Shown: positions 45,843 through 56,025 of the stretch, in pieces
Numbering within the stretch: position 1 is the first letter of the stretch
Layout: every line of letters begins with the position of its first letter
Source of the DNA: a virus
Lineage: Duplodnaviria; Caudoviricetes
DNA: 60,651 bases
Strand: one strand, 5' to 3'
IMG/VR virus record: IMGVR_UViG_3300037439_000042
Coordinates: 1 to 60,651 of that record
Notes under the pieces: generated by a model
The model's database searches: none
Seen by the model: only the letters and a program-made list of their open reading frames with translations
Told to the model about the DNA's origin: nothing
Position numbers and translations under genes: made by a program

Positions 45843-46409
45843 TTAGCTGACCTCGCACGGATAGCAACCGTTGTCGATCGTGACCGACACCGGCAGCGCC
45901 GAGCCTCCGCACGCGCCTTGCGGTCCGATGCGCGTCTGCGTGCTGACGACGAAGTCGCGGTACAGCTTCGTTCCGTTCGGGAGGCGCGTCGAGATCGCAT
46001 CGTCAAGGCAGCAGATCACGCCCGTGCGGACCGCCCACGCGTCTTCGGTCGACATGCGGGCGAAGGCTTCGAGTTCGTCGCACGTGGGCGGGGCGGTATT
46101 CGTGCCGGTGGGCGCGCAGCGCAGCATCGTCACGACGTAGTTCGCCACGTACAGGGGCGGACCACACGAGCGCCGTCCCGGGTTCTCCGCGCCTGCGCGA
46201 GGCGCTGCCGTTCCGTTCGACTCGTACTCGTTCGCGATGGCGACTGTGAGCTGTCCGCACTCGCATTCGTCCCACGCCAGTTCGCCCGAGATCACGCAGG
46301 CGCGTTCGGGCAGTCCCTTCGACGTCATTTCGAGCCGTTCGAGCACGCACGCTTTGATGTGCTGCGCGATGTCGTAGACGGCGAAGGGGTTCGCGTTGTT
46401 CTGCCCCAT
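45843..46409 (-). CDS. Virion protein, probable tail terminator
   Basis: AWDECECGQL, GPQGACGG; position in the neck region. Confidence 0.6.
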   Translation of the reverse strand: MGQNNANPFAVYDIAQHIKACVLERLEMTSKGLPERACVISGELAWDECECGQLTVAIANEYESNGTAAPRAGAENPGRRSCGPPLYVANYVVTMLRCAPTGTNTAPPTCDELEAFARMSTEDAWAVRTGVICCLDDAISTRLPNGTKLYRDFVVSTQTRIGPQGACGGSALPVSVTIDNGCYPCEVS

Positions 46410-47218
46410 TACGTGCCCACCCGCCGAGCGTGCTCGCCGTCGATGTCGAAGATCGTCGCGATCCCGGTGTTCGACGGATTCTTGCGATTCAGAAAGAGAT
46501 CCGCCCAATAGAGCCCGGTGCGCCCGGCCGAGAACGACTTAGCGTCGAAGAACACCTTCGTCACGCCTTGCCGGGTGATCTGCTGAACCATGCTCTCAGG
46601 CAGCAGGCAGTCGCCCGCGCCGACGCAGCGCTTCACGATCTCCGTTGCGAGCTGTCCGGCCGCCATCATGCCGAGACGAGGCACGGCCTTGCCGTACTGC
46701 GCCGTGACCGACCAGGTTCCCGGCTGCGTATCGTCTAGGTTCAGATCGTTGCAGCGCGGCCAGTCCTGCCCGTCGAGCCGCACGAGCAGACGCCAGTCGT
46801 CGACCCGATACGCCGTCGTCGGCAGCACGACGCCGTCGACCTTCACTTCCGTCACGTTCGCGACGGGATAGGGAAGCGCGACTTCGGAGATCGACGAGCA
46901 CGAGCAGCCCGACGAACACGAGCCGCACGCGATGTTGAACCACTTCCCGCCGACGAGCGCCGGAGCCGGGTACGGCCACGACATCCCGCCGACGTCGTAC
47001 CACCCGCTCGACGGAATCCAGGGCCATGCAGGGAAGCAATCCTTCCGACACGGCCGCAGCGTTACGGAGCAGAGTCCGTATTGACTCTTCGAGCCTTCCC
47101 ACAGCACTTCCGTCGCGATCATCTCGGCGTCGGCGATCTGGTTGGGCGTGGCCTCTTCGGGGTAGCGCGTGCACAGCGTAGGCCACGCCTCGCACGGTCC
47201 GGTGTCTAGCGCTGCCAT
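46409..47218 (-). CDS. Head-to-tail adaptor
   Basis: ATEVLW...GLCSVTLRPC...CLLP...ITRQGVT...TGLYWADLFL. Confidence 0.75.
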   Translation of the reverse strand: MAALDTGPCEAWPTLCTRYPEEATPNQIADAEMIATEVLWEGSKSQYGLCSVTLRPCRKDCFPAWPWIPSSGWYDVGGMSWPYPAPALVGGKWFNIACGSCSSGCSCSSISEVALPYPVANVTEVKVDGVVLPTTAYRVDDWRLLVRLDGQDWPRCNDLNLDDTQPGTWSVTAQYGKAVPRLGMMAAGQLATEIVKRCVGAGDCLLPESMVQQITRQGVTKVFFDAKSFSAGRTGLYWADLFLNRKNPSNTGIATIFDIDGEHARRVGT

Positions 47219-48013
47219 TTACCCCGATCCCTCCGGCCGCTCGGGTACAACGTCGCCGTTGCGCCCCTGCCTAGGTACGCGCAGCTTGCGCGCCACGTGG
47301 TACCCACGGCTGCCGTACGGGCCGACCGGGGCCGACGAGCTGCCCGTGTACCGAGCGACCGTCCGCGATGCGCTCATGCGCACCGATCCCGCATCCCAGT
47401 CTACCGAAAGCGCCGACGTCTCAGCGCCGATGAAGTGGTGCGCGACCCGGCCGTCTCCGTGCCCGATGAGCGACGGGATATCCCGGTGGTCGACGAGGCT
47501 CGGGAAGGTGCACCACGTATTCATGCGCATGACGTCGATCGCGTAGCGGCCGATACGCCGGTCGTAGTTGGGGTACTGCTGCACGTCGCACCACGGCAGC
47601 ATCCCGTCGATGATCCGCGTCGGCGCAGTGATCGCGACCCCCCAGTTCAGGGACGGCATTTCGATGAACGCGGCCTTCGCGGCAGCGGCTTCTTGCACGA
47701 CGCGGTCGATCTTCCCACGTGCCGGGCGGCGCGTCCCAATGTACGGCGTCACGAGCACGTTATCGGGCACGCGCTCTAGGGCTTTTTCCATGCCCGTGAT
47801 GAGGTCGGCGCAGGGAAGCGCGTCGTCCTGCACGACCATTCCCCATTCGGCCGTCTGGTCGATGGCTTCCCACGCCCGGCGTCCGGTGTCCCACCGGTCG
47901 TTACGGCGATCCCAAATCACGTCGTCGTCCGTGAGCCCGAGCCGCTCGACGAGGTCGGGCACGAGGTGCGCGCGCTTCTCGTGCGCCATGATCTTTACCG
48001 ATAGACGAGGCAC
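47219..48013 (-). CDS. Glycosyltransferase (GT-A fold, GT25-like)
   Basis: IMAHEKR, VVQDDALPC, PSLVDHRD. Confidence 0.7.
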   Translation of the reverse strand: MPRLSVKIMAHEKRAHLVPDLVERLGLTDDDVIWDRRNDRWDTGRRAWEAIDQTAEWGMVVQDDALPCADLITGMEKALERVPDNVLVTPYIGTRRPARGKIDRVVQEAAAAKAAFIEMPSLNWGVAITAPTRIIDGMLPWCDVQQYPNYDRRIGRYAIDVMRMNTWCTFPSLVDHRDIPSLIGHGDGRVAHHFIGAETSALSVDWDAGSVRMSASRTVARYTGSSSAPVGPYGSRGYHVARKLRVPRQGRNGDVVPERPEGSG

Positions 48014-48014
48014 T

Positions 48015-48614
48015 TCACACCTTCTCATACACGAAGAACGAGGCGAGACCTTCGCGAAGCGGCGTCTCGACGGTCGTGAGTTCCCAGTCGGGGAACCGCA
48101 TTCCGATGTCCGGCGTGAACTCGCGCCGGTAGACGTGCCGGGACGTCCGGCCGCCTCCGTAGTTCGTCGAGTAGATCATGACGTACTTCTCGGCGCTCTG
48201 AAAGAGCAGGTCGAGATAGCGCAGATAGTCGGCGATGTCGGGGAAGTGAAACAGCACGTCGAAGCTGAGCGCGAGTTCGAGCTGCGTCCGCGTGCCGGTC
48301 ATGAACGAGTCGACCGTGTGGAACAGATAGCGCGGACCGTTGAACCGCTCGTCACGCCGCATCCGCTCGACGATCGTCGGTGAGACGTCGACCCCGATGT
48401 ACTGCGTCTGCTGCGGGAACTCGACGAGGTCGAGCACTTGACCATCGCCGCATCCCCAGTCGACGACGGTCTTCACGTCGTGGTCGGCAAGGAACCGCGA
48501 GAGGTACTCAGCCTTGTACGCGCCTTCGTCGCCTTCGGAGCCTGCGCCGGAGGTGCGGCCTTCTCGATACCGCCGATCCCAGTACCCCGCCGGGGTGTAT
48601 TCGATCTGCTTCAC
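48015..48614 (-). CDS. Class I SAM-dependent methyltransferase
   Basis: YWDRRY...SGAGS; VVDWGCGDG; YIGVDVS; DVLFH. Confidence 0.85.
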   Translation of the reverse strand: MKQIEYTPAGYWDRRYREGRTSGAGSEGDEGAYKAEYLSRFLADHDVKTVVDWGCGDGQVLDLVEFPQQTQYIGVDVSPTIVERMRRDERFNGPRYLFHTVDSFMTGTRTQLELALSFDVLFHFPDIADYLRYLDLLFQSAEKYVMIYSTNYGGGRTSRHVYRREFTPDIGMRFPDWELTTVETPLREGLASFFVYEKV

Positions 48615-49237
48615 TTCGTGACCCCCGGAACCCGAGCGCCGACGACGTCGCCCGCGTGGGCGATGGCGAGCCGCTCGCTCTTGAGTTTGTCGATGTCGAT
48701 CAGCTCGCCGGAGGTTTCGAGATCGCCCACGGCGAGCGACACGCCGGGGTTCTTCGTGACCCCGAAGTCGTCGAAGATAACCACGGCATCCGGCGCGAGG
48801 TGACGTCGCCACGCCCGGAAGTCGGCGAGCACTGCGGCGCGGCTGTGGTCGCCGTCGATGTAGAGCAGGCCGACCGGCGGACCGTCGTACAGCTCGGCCG
48901 CGAGCGTCGTCAGCGAGCGAATGACATGTACGCCGTCGCGCACTCCGGCCTTGTCGAGCTGCGCCGTGAAGTCTTCGAAGACCGGGCTCGGGAGCGCCGA
49001 GAGCACGGCGTAACGCCACGCCGAGACTTCTTCCGACCAGGCGTCGACCGCGTAGACGGGCGCATGGTTGTCGATCGCTGCGCCGGTCGCGAGATAGCAC
49101 GTCGACTTGCCGCGATACGAGCCGAGTTCGACGATTGCCTGATCGGCGGGAACGAGCGCAGCGAAGGCGTACAGCAGCTCGCCGACGTCGCGAGAGATCA
49201 GGCCGTCGAGTTCGGCGAGTTCATCGAAGGTCAGCAT
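48611..49237 (-). CDS. Methyltransferase (Methyltransf_24-like)
   Basis: IVELGSYRGKST, YAVDAW, LLYIDGDH, IFDD. Confidence 0.88.
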   Translation of the reverse strand: MLTFDELAELDGLISRDVGELLYAFAALVPADQAIVELGSYRGKSTCYLATGAAIDNHAPVYAVDAWSEEVSAWRYAVLSALPSPVFEDFTAQLDKAGVRDGVHVIRSLTTLAAELYDGPPVGLLYIDGDHSRAAVLADFRAWRRHLAPDAVVIFDDFGVTKNPGVSLAVGDLETSGELIDIDKLKSERLAIAHAGDVVGARVPGVTK

Positions 49238-49906
49238 TCAGATACTCCGGATCTTGGGGCGGGAAGCGAGAACGCGCCGGGTGTGATCCCACGCGTGCAC
49301 GGCGAAGACGTGGCTGCCGAACTGCTCGGGAACCGTCTGCCGCTTGACGTCGATGTACGAGTACGGGTACCACTGGTCGCGCGGGGCGACGTGCCCGTGA
49401 TGGCGGTTCCAAATCGGTGTGAGGTACTGCGGACCGCTGAGCTTGTTCGGCCGCTTGCCCCGGAACCGATGCACGTTGCGTGGCATCTCGGCGATGAGCG
49501 CGTGCATGATCGGGTGACCGGCGATTGCGCCGACGTACGTGTTCCCGATCCAATTCCGATCCTCGCGAGCGGCGAATTCCTTGTGCCCTTCAAGCGCCGG
49601 TTCGATCGGCCGGAGCGGACGCGTGTCGACGTCGGTGTACATTCCGCCGAAGAGCGCGAGCAGCTCGTACCGAACGATGTCGGCGCGGAACTGCTCGACG
49701 GCGTCGCGCGGCACGATCTTCTCGGCCTGGTCGTACAGCGCCCGATTCTGAAGGCCGATCTCGTCGATCTCGCGCTCAGTCCACAGCTTCATATCCCAGT
49801 CGGGGTGCATCTGCGCCCACGCGTGGATATTCGCCGAGAGGTGCGACGGCATCGGCTCGCCGATCCAGATATGGTGCATGATCTTCGGAATGTGCAGGTC
49901 AGTCAT
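49238..49906 (-). CDS. Glycosyltransferase, GT32/OCH1-like DxD family
   Basis: IPKIMHHIWIG; RADIVRYELL...GGMYTDVD; SGPQYLT; AVHAW. Confidence 0.9.
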   Translation of the reverse strand: MTDLHIPKIMHHIWIGEPMPSHLSANIHAWAQMHPDWDMKLWTEREIDEIGLQNRALYDQAEKIVPRDAVEQFRADIVRYELLALFGGMYTDVDTRPLRPIEPALEGHKEFAAREDRNWIGNTYVGAIAGHPIMHALIAEMPRNVHRFRGKRPNKLSGPQYLTPIWNRHHGHVAPRDQWYPYSYIDVKRQTVPEQFGSHVFAVHAWDHTRRVLASRPKIRSI

Positions 49907-49988
49907 GTGTCGCCTCGTCTACGAAGAAGCGCCCGTGACCGGCGATCACGGGCGCTCCCAATGGGTCAGATGCAATTAGCTTAGCGCA

Positions 49989-50651
49989 CTAGCTGCCGAT
50001 TTCGACCGCGCCGCATCCGGCTTCCGGCGGTGGCGTCGTCGTGATGGCGAAGGCAAAGTGCTTCCCGGGACCCCACGACGCGACCGGCGTGTTCGCGAGC
50101 CACGGGTTCCCGATGTCCCACAGCGGGGAAGCCGGGCGCGTCTTCGACATGTACGAGAACGTGAAGACGTCGTTCGCGAAGGTGAACTCTTGAATCTGAG
50201 CGTCGTACTCGTGCGGGAACGCCCAATAGATCCACTGCGGCAGTCCTTCGGCGTTGCACGCGCCTTGTCCTGCGACCGGCTGCCACACCTCTTTGGAGAA
50301 GCGCGCGTTCAGCAGGCCGTCGCCGAACTGCACGCCGACGAAGTCGGTCGCCGACGAGATCGGATCTTCGCCCGTCACGAGCGCGATCAGGTCGACGTCG
50401 AGCGTGCAGAGATTCACGGTCTGCTCGACCCAGTTCAGGAACCCGGCGTCTTGCTCGTTGACGCACGGCTCGCCGTTCGCCTTCCGCTGTAGGAACCGGG
50501 TTCCGGCTTCGTAGTTGGGAGCGTTCTGGATTTCGACGAACGAGTCGGTCGTGACCTGCGCCGACCCGTCGCCGTACACCGGAGCGCCGCAGGCGTCGAG
50601 CAGCGTGAAGCGCGCGACCTCCGCCTTAATCGGTGCTGCACACACGGGCAT
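49989..50651 (-). CDS. Major tail protein
   Basis: RFTLLDACGAP...RKANGEPCVNE; position after the capsid genes. Confidence 0.75.
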   Translation of the reverse strand: MPVCAAPIKAEVARFTLLDACGAPVYGDGSAQVTTDSFVEIQNAPNYEAGTRFLQRKANGEPCVNEQDAGFLNWVEQTVNLCTLDVDLIALVTGEDPISSATDFVGVQFGDGLLNARFSKEVWQPVAGQGACNAEGLPQWIYWAFPHEYDAQIQEFTFANDVFTFSYMSKTRPASPLWDIGNPWLANTPVASWGPGKHFAFAITTTPPPEAGCGAVEIGS

Positions 50652-51553
50652 TACAGTTCTCCGTTCAGAATCGGGATTGCCATGAGGCAGCAGTCCCACC
50701 CGATCACGTACGTGCGCTCGGCGATCATGCTGAGCGTGTTCACGTCGCGGTCGAAGGATTCGGCCGGACGGAAGCGCGTCGGCTCACGATCACGAGCGAA
50801 GAACACTTCCCCCGTGGCGTACATCCATGTCGCGCCTTCGGTCGTCGAGCCGTCCGGACCGGTGCCGGGGTAGTCGCCGATCACGACCTTCGACCCGACC
50901 GGCGTGTACATGGTGCCGGAACGGGAAGTGATCAGGTTGTGGTCAGCGGCGATCGAAGCGAGCCGGATCGGCATGTGAATTGTCGCGACGCCGGGATAGC
51001 AGTCCCGCATCGCGTCTTCGAGCATCCCGAGACCGATCACGATTTCCTGCGGCGTCGCAGATACGACGGTCGCGGCAGGCTGCAAGAGATCTTCGCCGTC
51101 GCTCACTTCCGAGTCGGCCGCAAGGTGCGGGAAGACGACCGTCTGCCCGCCCGCGACACCCGACCAGAAGGCCGTTTCGACGAAGCGCGCTTCGGAGCGA
51201 ATCAGGGCTTGCTGATTCACGTCCGAAAGCTGATCCCATTGCCCGACCGGCGAGCAGTCGATGCGCGAGTATGCCGTGAAGGCCGTCGCGCCGCGAATCT
51301 GCCATTCGGTCGTATCGGCCTTAGCCGGAGGTTCCGGGGCCTGAGTGGCTTCGCCCGGTACTTCGGCGTTGTCGACGACGGCCGTGCAGGGATCGTACGT
51401 GCCGCTCGATTCGGGGCAGAGCGGTTCCCACGTGATCCCCATCTTCCACCGGGCATCCGGCGGACTGAGCTGCGTCGCCGTCGACAGTAGGTCGAACTGC
51501 GGAGCGGTGAACGGCAGCGATCCGCTACCGATGGGGAATCGACCTCGTGCCAC
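50651..51553 (-). CDS. Second capsid protein (capsid pentamer-like)
   Basis: TPVGSKVVIGDYPG, WMYATG, NTLSMIAERTYVIGWDC; directly after the MCP. Confidence 0.65.
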   Translation of the reverse strand: MARGRFPIGSGSLPFTAPQFDLLSTATQLSPPDARWKMGITWEPLCPESSGTYDPCTAVVDNAEVPGEATQAPEPPAKADTTEWQIRGATAFTAYSRIDCSPVGQWDQLSDVNQQALIRSEARFVETAFWSGVAGGQTVVFPHLAADSEVSDGEDLLQPAATVVSATPQEIVIGLGMLEDAMRDCYPGVATIHMPIRLASIAADHNLITSRSGTMYTPVGSKVVIGDYPGTGPDGSTTEGATWMYATGEVFFARDREPTRFRPAESFDRDVNTLSMIAERTYVIGWDCCLMAIPILNGEL

Positions 51554-51598
51554 TACCGTTCACCTCCGTTCGAGCTATTTACTGTCGTCACTGGCGTC

Positions 51599-53410
51599 TT
51601 ACGGTGCGCACGTGAACGTGCGCGCCCCGATCTCACCCGATGGGCAGAGCGCGACGGTTACGACGCGGCTCTCGTGACCCGGCTTCAGGATGGCGAAGCA
51701 GTCTTCCGCCCACGCCGCCGTGTGGTCGTTCGTGCTGTTCAGCACGGAGTCGCGCGTCACGCCGAGATCGAGCGACATCGAATTGCCGCGAACGAACGTG
51801 CCCGGTGCGAAGATCATGTATTCCATCGTGTCGGGCCATGCCGTCAGCGCCGTCGCGTTACCGGGGGTTGCGGTACCGGCTGCGCCGGGCTCGCGAACCT
51901 GCCAGTCGCCGACGAACTGCACGCGAGCGCCGCGCAGGTTGAACCAATCGGCAATCATGCCGTTGGTTACGCCGAAGACGTCGATCCCGTCGCGGTTCGC
52001 GAGGTCGGCGCGCACGACGGCGTTCGCCCACCGGGGAAGCACGATCTCTAGTACCGCGTCCGAGCACATGCTGTACTTCTCGCGGTAGTCGACGATCGAC
52101 AGCTCGATCGACTGAAGCAGCGCCGACGTCGTCGCACCCATGAGCCCCGTGTGGTCGACCGGGATCGACGCCGAGATCGGGTCGCCCGAGCCTCCGCCGT
52201 TCAGCATGATGTCGATGATCGCTGCGTTCGTCGCCTTCGCACGGATCGCGAAGACGAGGCGTAGCCAGTTGGCTACCAGTTCGGGGTACGCGTAGTCGAC
52301 CAGGTTCCCGGCCGTGACGCAGAATCCGAAGCAGTCGGCGCGGCGGTCGATGAAGGTCGGGCACTCCAGACGTACGCAGGGCTTGAAGACGGAATCCGAC
52401 GTCAGCGCGTCGATGTCGTCCTGCTCAGTCCATCCCCATACGATATCGGGGATCGCGACCACGTCGCCGAAGCTCGGCGACGTCGGGTACTGCACGCCAC
52501 CCCGGTTGAGTCCGACCGTGGGAAGGTCGATCATGCCGTCTTCACAGACGACGTTGAAAAAATCGTAAGAGATCTCGCTCGGCGCGCACCATCCGCCTGC
52601 GGCCGTGAGGATCTCGACGTCGGTCGCGGCCTTGAGAACCTCGTTCATGTCGGTCGGCGACGAGTTCTCGTTCAGCATGAAGTTGAACTCACGCTTCAGG
52701 CTCGCGACGGGGTACATGTTCGGGTCTCCGGTCTTCGAGACCGGGAGCATCCGCGCACGGGCGTGCATTGCCTGCCCGAGAGCATAGATGTTCTCGACCC
52801 GGCCGCCTTGCGTGAATCCGGGGACGTCGGCCGACGCGATGAGCACGGCTTCGCTGCGCTCTTCGTGCACTCCGGCGTCGGGCGCGAACTTGGCGATCTC
52901 GCCGAGTCGCAGACGACGGTTCAGGTCGACGTCTGGCTTCAGGTAGTCGCTCGCGAACGTCTTCATCGTGTTCGCGGTCTCCGTCATGGCGAGCATTGCC
53001 GCGACGAGCGGCGTCTCACCTTGCGCTGCGACGAGTTCCGGCTGCTCGGCGTCGGCGTCTTCCGCGTCGCCTTCGTCGCCGTCTTCGCCTTCGGCCTGCG
53101 CGTCGGCGTCGGCCGCCGGACGAACCGAGTTGCGAAGCTCAGCGCCGCGACGATCGCGCTCTTCGCGCTCCGTCTCGCGCGTGGTCGAGACGTCCTGAGC
53201 GGCCTTGATCTGCTTGCCGAGCGTTTCCAGCTCGCCTAGCGCCTCGTCCGTGAGTCCGGTTCCGTCGCCGTACGCCTTGTCGAAGGTCTCGCCGAGTTTG
53301 GTTAGCAGCGAGGACAGCTCGGCGTCGTTCATCTCCGCCAGTCGAGCATTCAGCTCTTCGGTGCCCTCTGGCAGGTTGAAACCTGCCTCGTTGTCCTTAG
53401 CCTTAGCCAT
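51599..53410 (-). CDS. Major capsid protein (hexamer) with an N-terminal scaffold-like region
   Basis: Acidic coiled N-terminus; LTAAGGWCAPSEISYD; LDLGVTRDSVLNSTND. Confidence 0.88.
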   Translation of the reverse strand: MAKAKDNEAGFNLPEGTEELNARLAEMNDAELSSLLTKLGETFDKAYGDGTGLTDEALGELETLGKQIKAAQDVSTTRETEREERDRRGAELRNSVRPAADADAQAEGEDGDEGDAEDADAEQPELVAAQGETPLVAAMLAMTETANTMKTFASDYLKPDVDLNRRLRLGEIAKFAPDAGVHEERSEAVLIASADVPGFTQGGRVENIYALGQAMHARARMLPVSKTGDPNMYPVASLKREFNFMLNENSSPTDMNEVLKAATDVEILTAAGGWCAPSEISYDFFNVVCEDGMIDLPTVGLNRGGVQYPTSPSFGDVVAIPDIVWGWTEQDDIDALTSDSVFKPCVRLECPTFIDRRADCFGFCVTAGNLVDYAYPELVANWLRLVFAIRAKATNAAIIDIMLNGGGSGDPISASIPVDHTGLMGATTSALLQSIELSIVDYREKYSMCSDAVLEIVLPRWANAVVRADLANRDGIDVFGVTNGMIADWFNLRGARVQFVGDWQVREPGAAGTATPGNATALTAWPDTMEYMIFAPGTFVRGNSMSLDLGVTRDSVLNSTNDHTAAWAEDCFAILKPGHESRVVTVALCPSGEIGARTFTCAP

Positions 53411-53492
53411 TTCATCCCTCTGTATTCGGGTAGATACGCGGATCATACATCGATTCGAAGGCTTCACTTTCGAAAAGCCTTCGGATCGAAGG

Positions 53493-53645
53493 TTAGTTCT
53501 GCGGTGCGTTCTGTGCCGGAGCCGTCTGCGTGCTCTTCGCCGTCGTCACGACGACGCCGCCGCGCTCGCGCGCGATGCGTGCCTGATCTTCGGTCGAGAA
53601 GTGATTGATCTTGCCTTTTGCTTTGCTGCCGCAGTTGCATCCCAT
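53493..53645 (-). CDS. Small MGCNCG-type virion-operon protein
   Basis: AGAAAGGA RBS; lies between the protease and MCP genes. Confidence 0.6.
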   Translation of the reverse strand: MGCNCGSKAKGKINHFSTEDQARIARERGGVVVTTAKSTQTAPAQNAPQN

Positions 53646-53658
53646 AACGGAATCCTTT

Positions 53659-56025
53659 CTATGGCTGCGCGACGCGTAGCGCCGCGAAGCTGTGAACGCG
53701 CGACGCACGGTCGCGCCCGATCGACGCGGCGATGCGCTCGGCAGCGGCATCCGCGCCGAAGGACATCGTCTGTCCCTTCACTACGCGGCCGAACCGAAGC
53801 GGTACGGTCACGCGGTCGAGCTGTCCGGCCTTCATCGACATGAAGGCGTTCGAGCGCTTCGGGAAGCCCGGCACCGGTACGAGCAGTGCCCCGGCAAGCT
53901 CGCGCTTCCCCGGCTTCTCGCGGTGCGGACCCCAGTCGCCGGAAAGCTGGCAAGCCATCATCCGGCGAATCTGGTCGGGCGTGACATCGGGCAGCACTGC
54001 CCCGGCGATCCACACCCCCCGATTGTTCTCGCCGACGCGGACCGTCGCCACGATCGAGCACGAATTGTCGTAGTGCTCGCGACGTGCTGCGCCGACCACG
54101 CGCGGCGATGCCGACGCGTGCCCGCAATCCATCGTGATCGGGCCGGTTGCGACGCGCGTGAAGCCGCCGCGACCGTCGTCGGCGATGGTCACGCGGTTCA
54201 TCCACACGCCGTAATCGACGTTGCCCATCGGGACCGTGACGCGCTTGTCGCGGATGCCGCGATGCGCGACGTTCTTCGGCGCGAGGTATCCGAAGAAGCG
54301 GCCTTCGTCCGTGACCGTGATCGCGCCGATCTCGGGCTCGTCGCGTGGTTCGTCGAACCACTCGGCGGGAGGCAGGTCGGGGATTTCCATCGTGAACGAC
54401 GAGGCGACGAGCGGCATCGCTACCGTGTCGGCGTCGACCGGCGTTCCTTCCGGTACCGGCCGGTCGAGATAGAGCCGCGCTTCGACGTATGCCGGGATGT
54501 CGACCAGCGTCGCGGCGCGGATGCGTCCCGAGTGGTAAATCTCCATCTCGGGCATCATGCATTCGAGTGCCATTTCAGGATCGAGCGCTTCGCTCTCGTC
54601 GTCTTCGTCGGGCGACTCTTCGAGCGCGCACGAGTCCGGAAAGACGTACTCGACGTTCAGGCCCCGGGGATCGTCGGGATCGTCGGCGTCGATGGACACA
54701 CCTGCGAGGAATCCGGGATCTTCACGGGTTCCCATCTGCTCGGCAGCGCGCCGACCCCACTCGGTGTCGAGATTGAGTACACCCGTCCCGAGCAGCTCGT
54801 TCCCCGAGCGCGTGATCGTGTCGATCCGGCCGACGTTCACGACCTTGTCGGTAGCCATGCCGCCGTGAGCGCGCTCGTACATCCATCCGAGCGGAATCTC
54901 AAGGGACGAGGTTTCGCCGAGCGCAGGCCACGTGAGCGACCCGGCCGCGAACTGGCGTCCGTCGCCGGTCGGCGTTCCTTCGACGACGAGCACGCCGGAC
55001 CACGGCACCGTGTTGCGCATCGTCGAAGGCAGCGCGGCCGAGTCGGCGTCGTCTTCCGCCTCCGAAGCGTTCAGCGCCGCGATCTGCGCTTCCGCTTCTT
55101 CGCGGGTCGCGTGGCAGCCTTCGAGTTCGAGATCTTCATCTTTCACGACGGCGAACTCACCAGCGTCGCAACGCTCGTCGCCTTCGACAATCGACCAGGG
55201 CATTTCCGATTCCTCAATCTGGTAAGCGGCAGCGTTCAGCGTGTCCGTTGACGTCGGGCGGTTCAGTGCATCGACGTCGATGATCGTGATCGTCGTGCAC
55301 CGGCAGTTGATGATTTCGCCGGGCGGTCCGGACGGGTCGCCGGGGAAGTCGAGCGACGCGCCGCCGACCGTGAAGGGCTCGTTCAGCGCGACCGTCTGCC
55401 CGTCCGCTACGTCGTGCGTCGGCCGGGTCCGCGCGTCTTCCGCAGCCTGCCAGCGCCGCGAGAAGGCGTTAAAGCTGCTGAAAGCGTTTGCGACGCGGCG
55501 TACGCTCGCTGCGTTCACGGTGTTGCGCGCGCCGTGGCTCTCGGTTCGGGCGATCACCCGGGCGCGAGGTTCGGTCACTCCGGCGGCGTCGCGGACGCGC
55601 GCGGCGATCTTGGGGATCTCTTCACCTTCGGCAAGCCCTTGTGCGATGGCTGCTCGGGCGTTGAACCACAGCTCATTACCGATGCCGACGAGTCGGTTCT
55701 GCGCCTGCGCGAGATACTGCTGCGTGTCGATCGGCTCGCTCAGAAACGGCAGCTCGCCGAGCACGGCGCTCAGCGAACGGCCGACTTCGTCGCCCGCGCT
55801 GATCATCGACAGTGTGAGCGCAGGCAGCAGCTTCTCGTCGACATACGCGTTCCACAGCGTCGTGATGAGGTCGACCGCAGCAGCGGATAGCGTCGCGAGG
55901 CTGCCGTTCTCGATCTGGCTTGCCACTTCGGCAGCGATCAGCACGAGCCCGGCCGCAACGAGCGCTTCATACTCTTCAGCCGCCGCTTCAAGCTCTTCGA
56001 TCGACTGTGGTTCGAGTTCAGCCAC
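53659..56025 (-). CDS. MuF-like head morphogenesis domain fused to capsid maturation protease
   Basis: RARVIARTE, DARTRPTH, GEIINCRC; then EGTPTGDGR, GRIDTI, GVSID, ATLVDIPAY, LSGDW. Confidence 0.85.
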   Translation of the reverse strand: MAELEPQSIEELEAAAEEYEALVAAGLVLIAAEVASQIENGSLATLSAAAVDLITTLWNAYVDEKLLPALTLSMISAGDEVGRSLSAVLGELPFLSEPIDTQQYLAQAQNRLVGIGNELWFNARAAIAQGLAEGEEIPKIAARVRDAAGVTEPRARVIARTESHGARNTVNAASVRRVANAFSSFNAFSRRWQAAEDARTRPTHDVADGQTVALNEPFTVGGASLDFPGDPSGPPGEIINCRCTTITIIDVDALNRPTSTDTLNAAAYQIEESEMPWSIVEGDERCDAGEFAVVKDEDLELEGCHATREEAEAQIAALNASEAEDDADSAALPSTMRNTVPWSGVLVVEGTPTGDGRQFAAGSLTWPALGETSSLEIPLGWMYERAHGGMATDKVVNVGRIDTITRSGNELLGTGVLNLDTEWGRRAAEQMGTREDPGFLAGVSIDADDPDDPRGLNVEYVFPDSCALEESPDEDDESEALDPEMALECMMPEMEIYHSGRIRAATLVDIPAYVEARLYLDRPVPEGTPVDADTVAMPLVASSFTMEIPDLPPAEWFDEPRDEPEIGAITVTDEGRFFGYLAPKNVAHRGIRDKRVTVPMGNVDYGVWMNRVTIADDGRGGFTRVATGPITMDCGHASASPRVVGAARREHYDNSCSIVATVRVGENNRGVWIAGAVLPDVTPDQIRRMMACQLSGDWGPHREKPGKRELAGALLVPVPGFPKRSNAFMSMKAGQLDRVTVPLRFGRVVKGQTMSFGADAAAERIAASIGRDRASRVHSFAALRVAQP

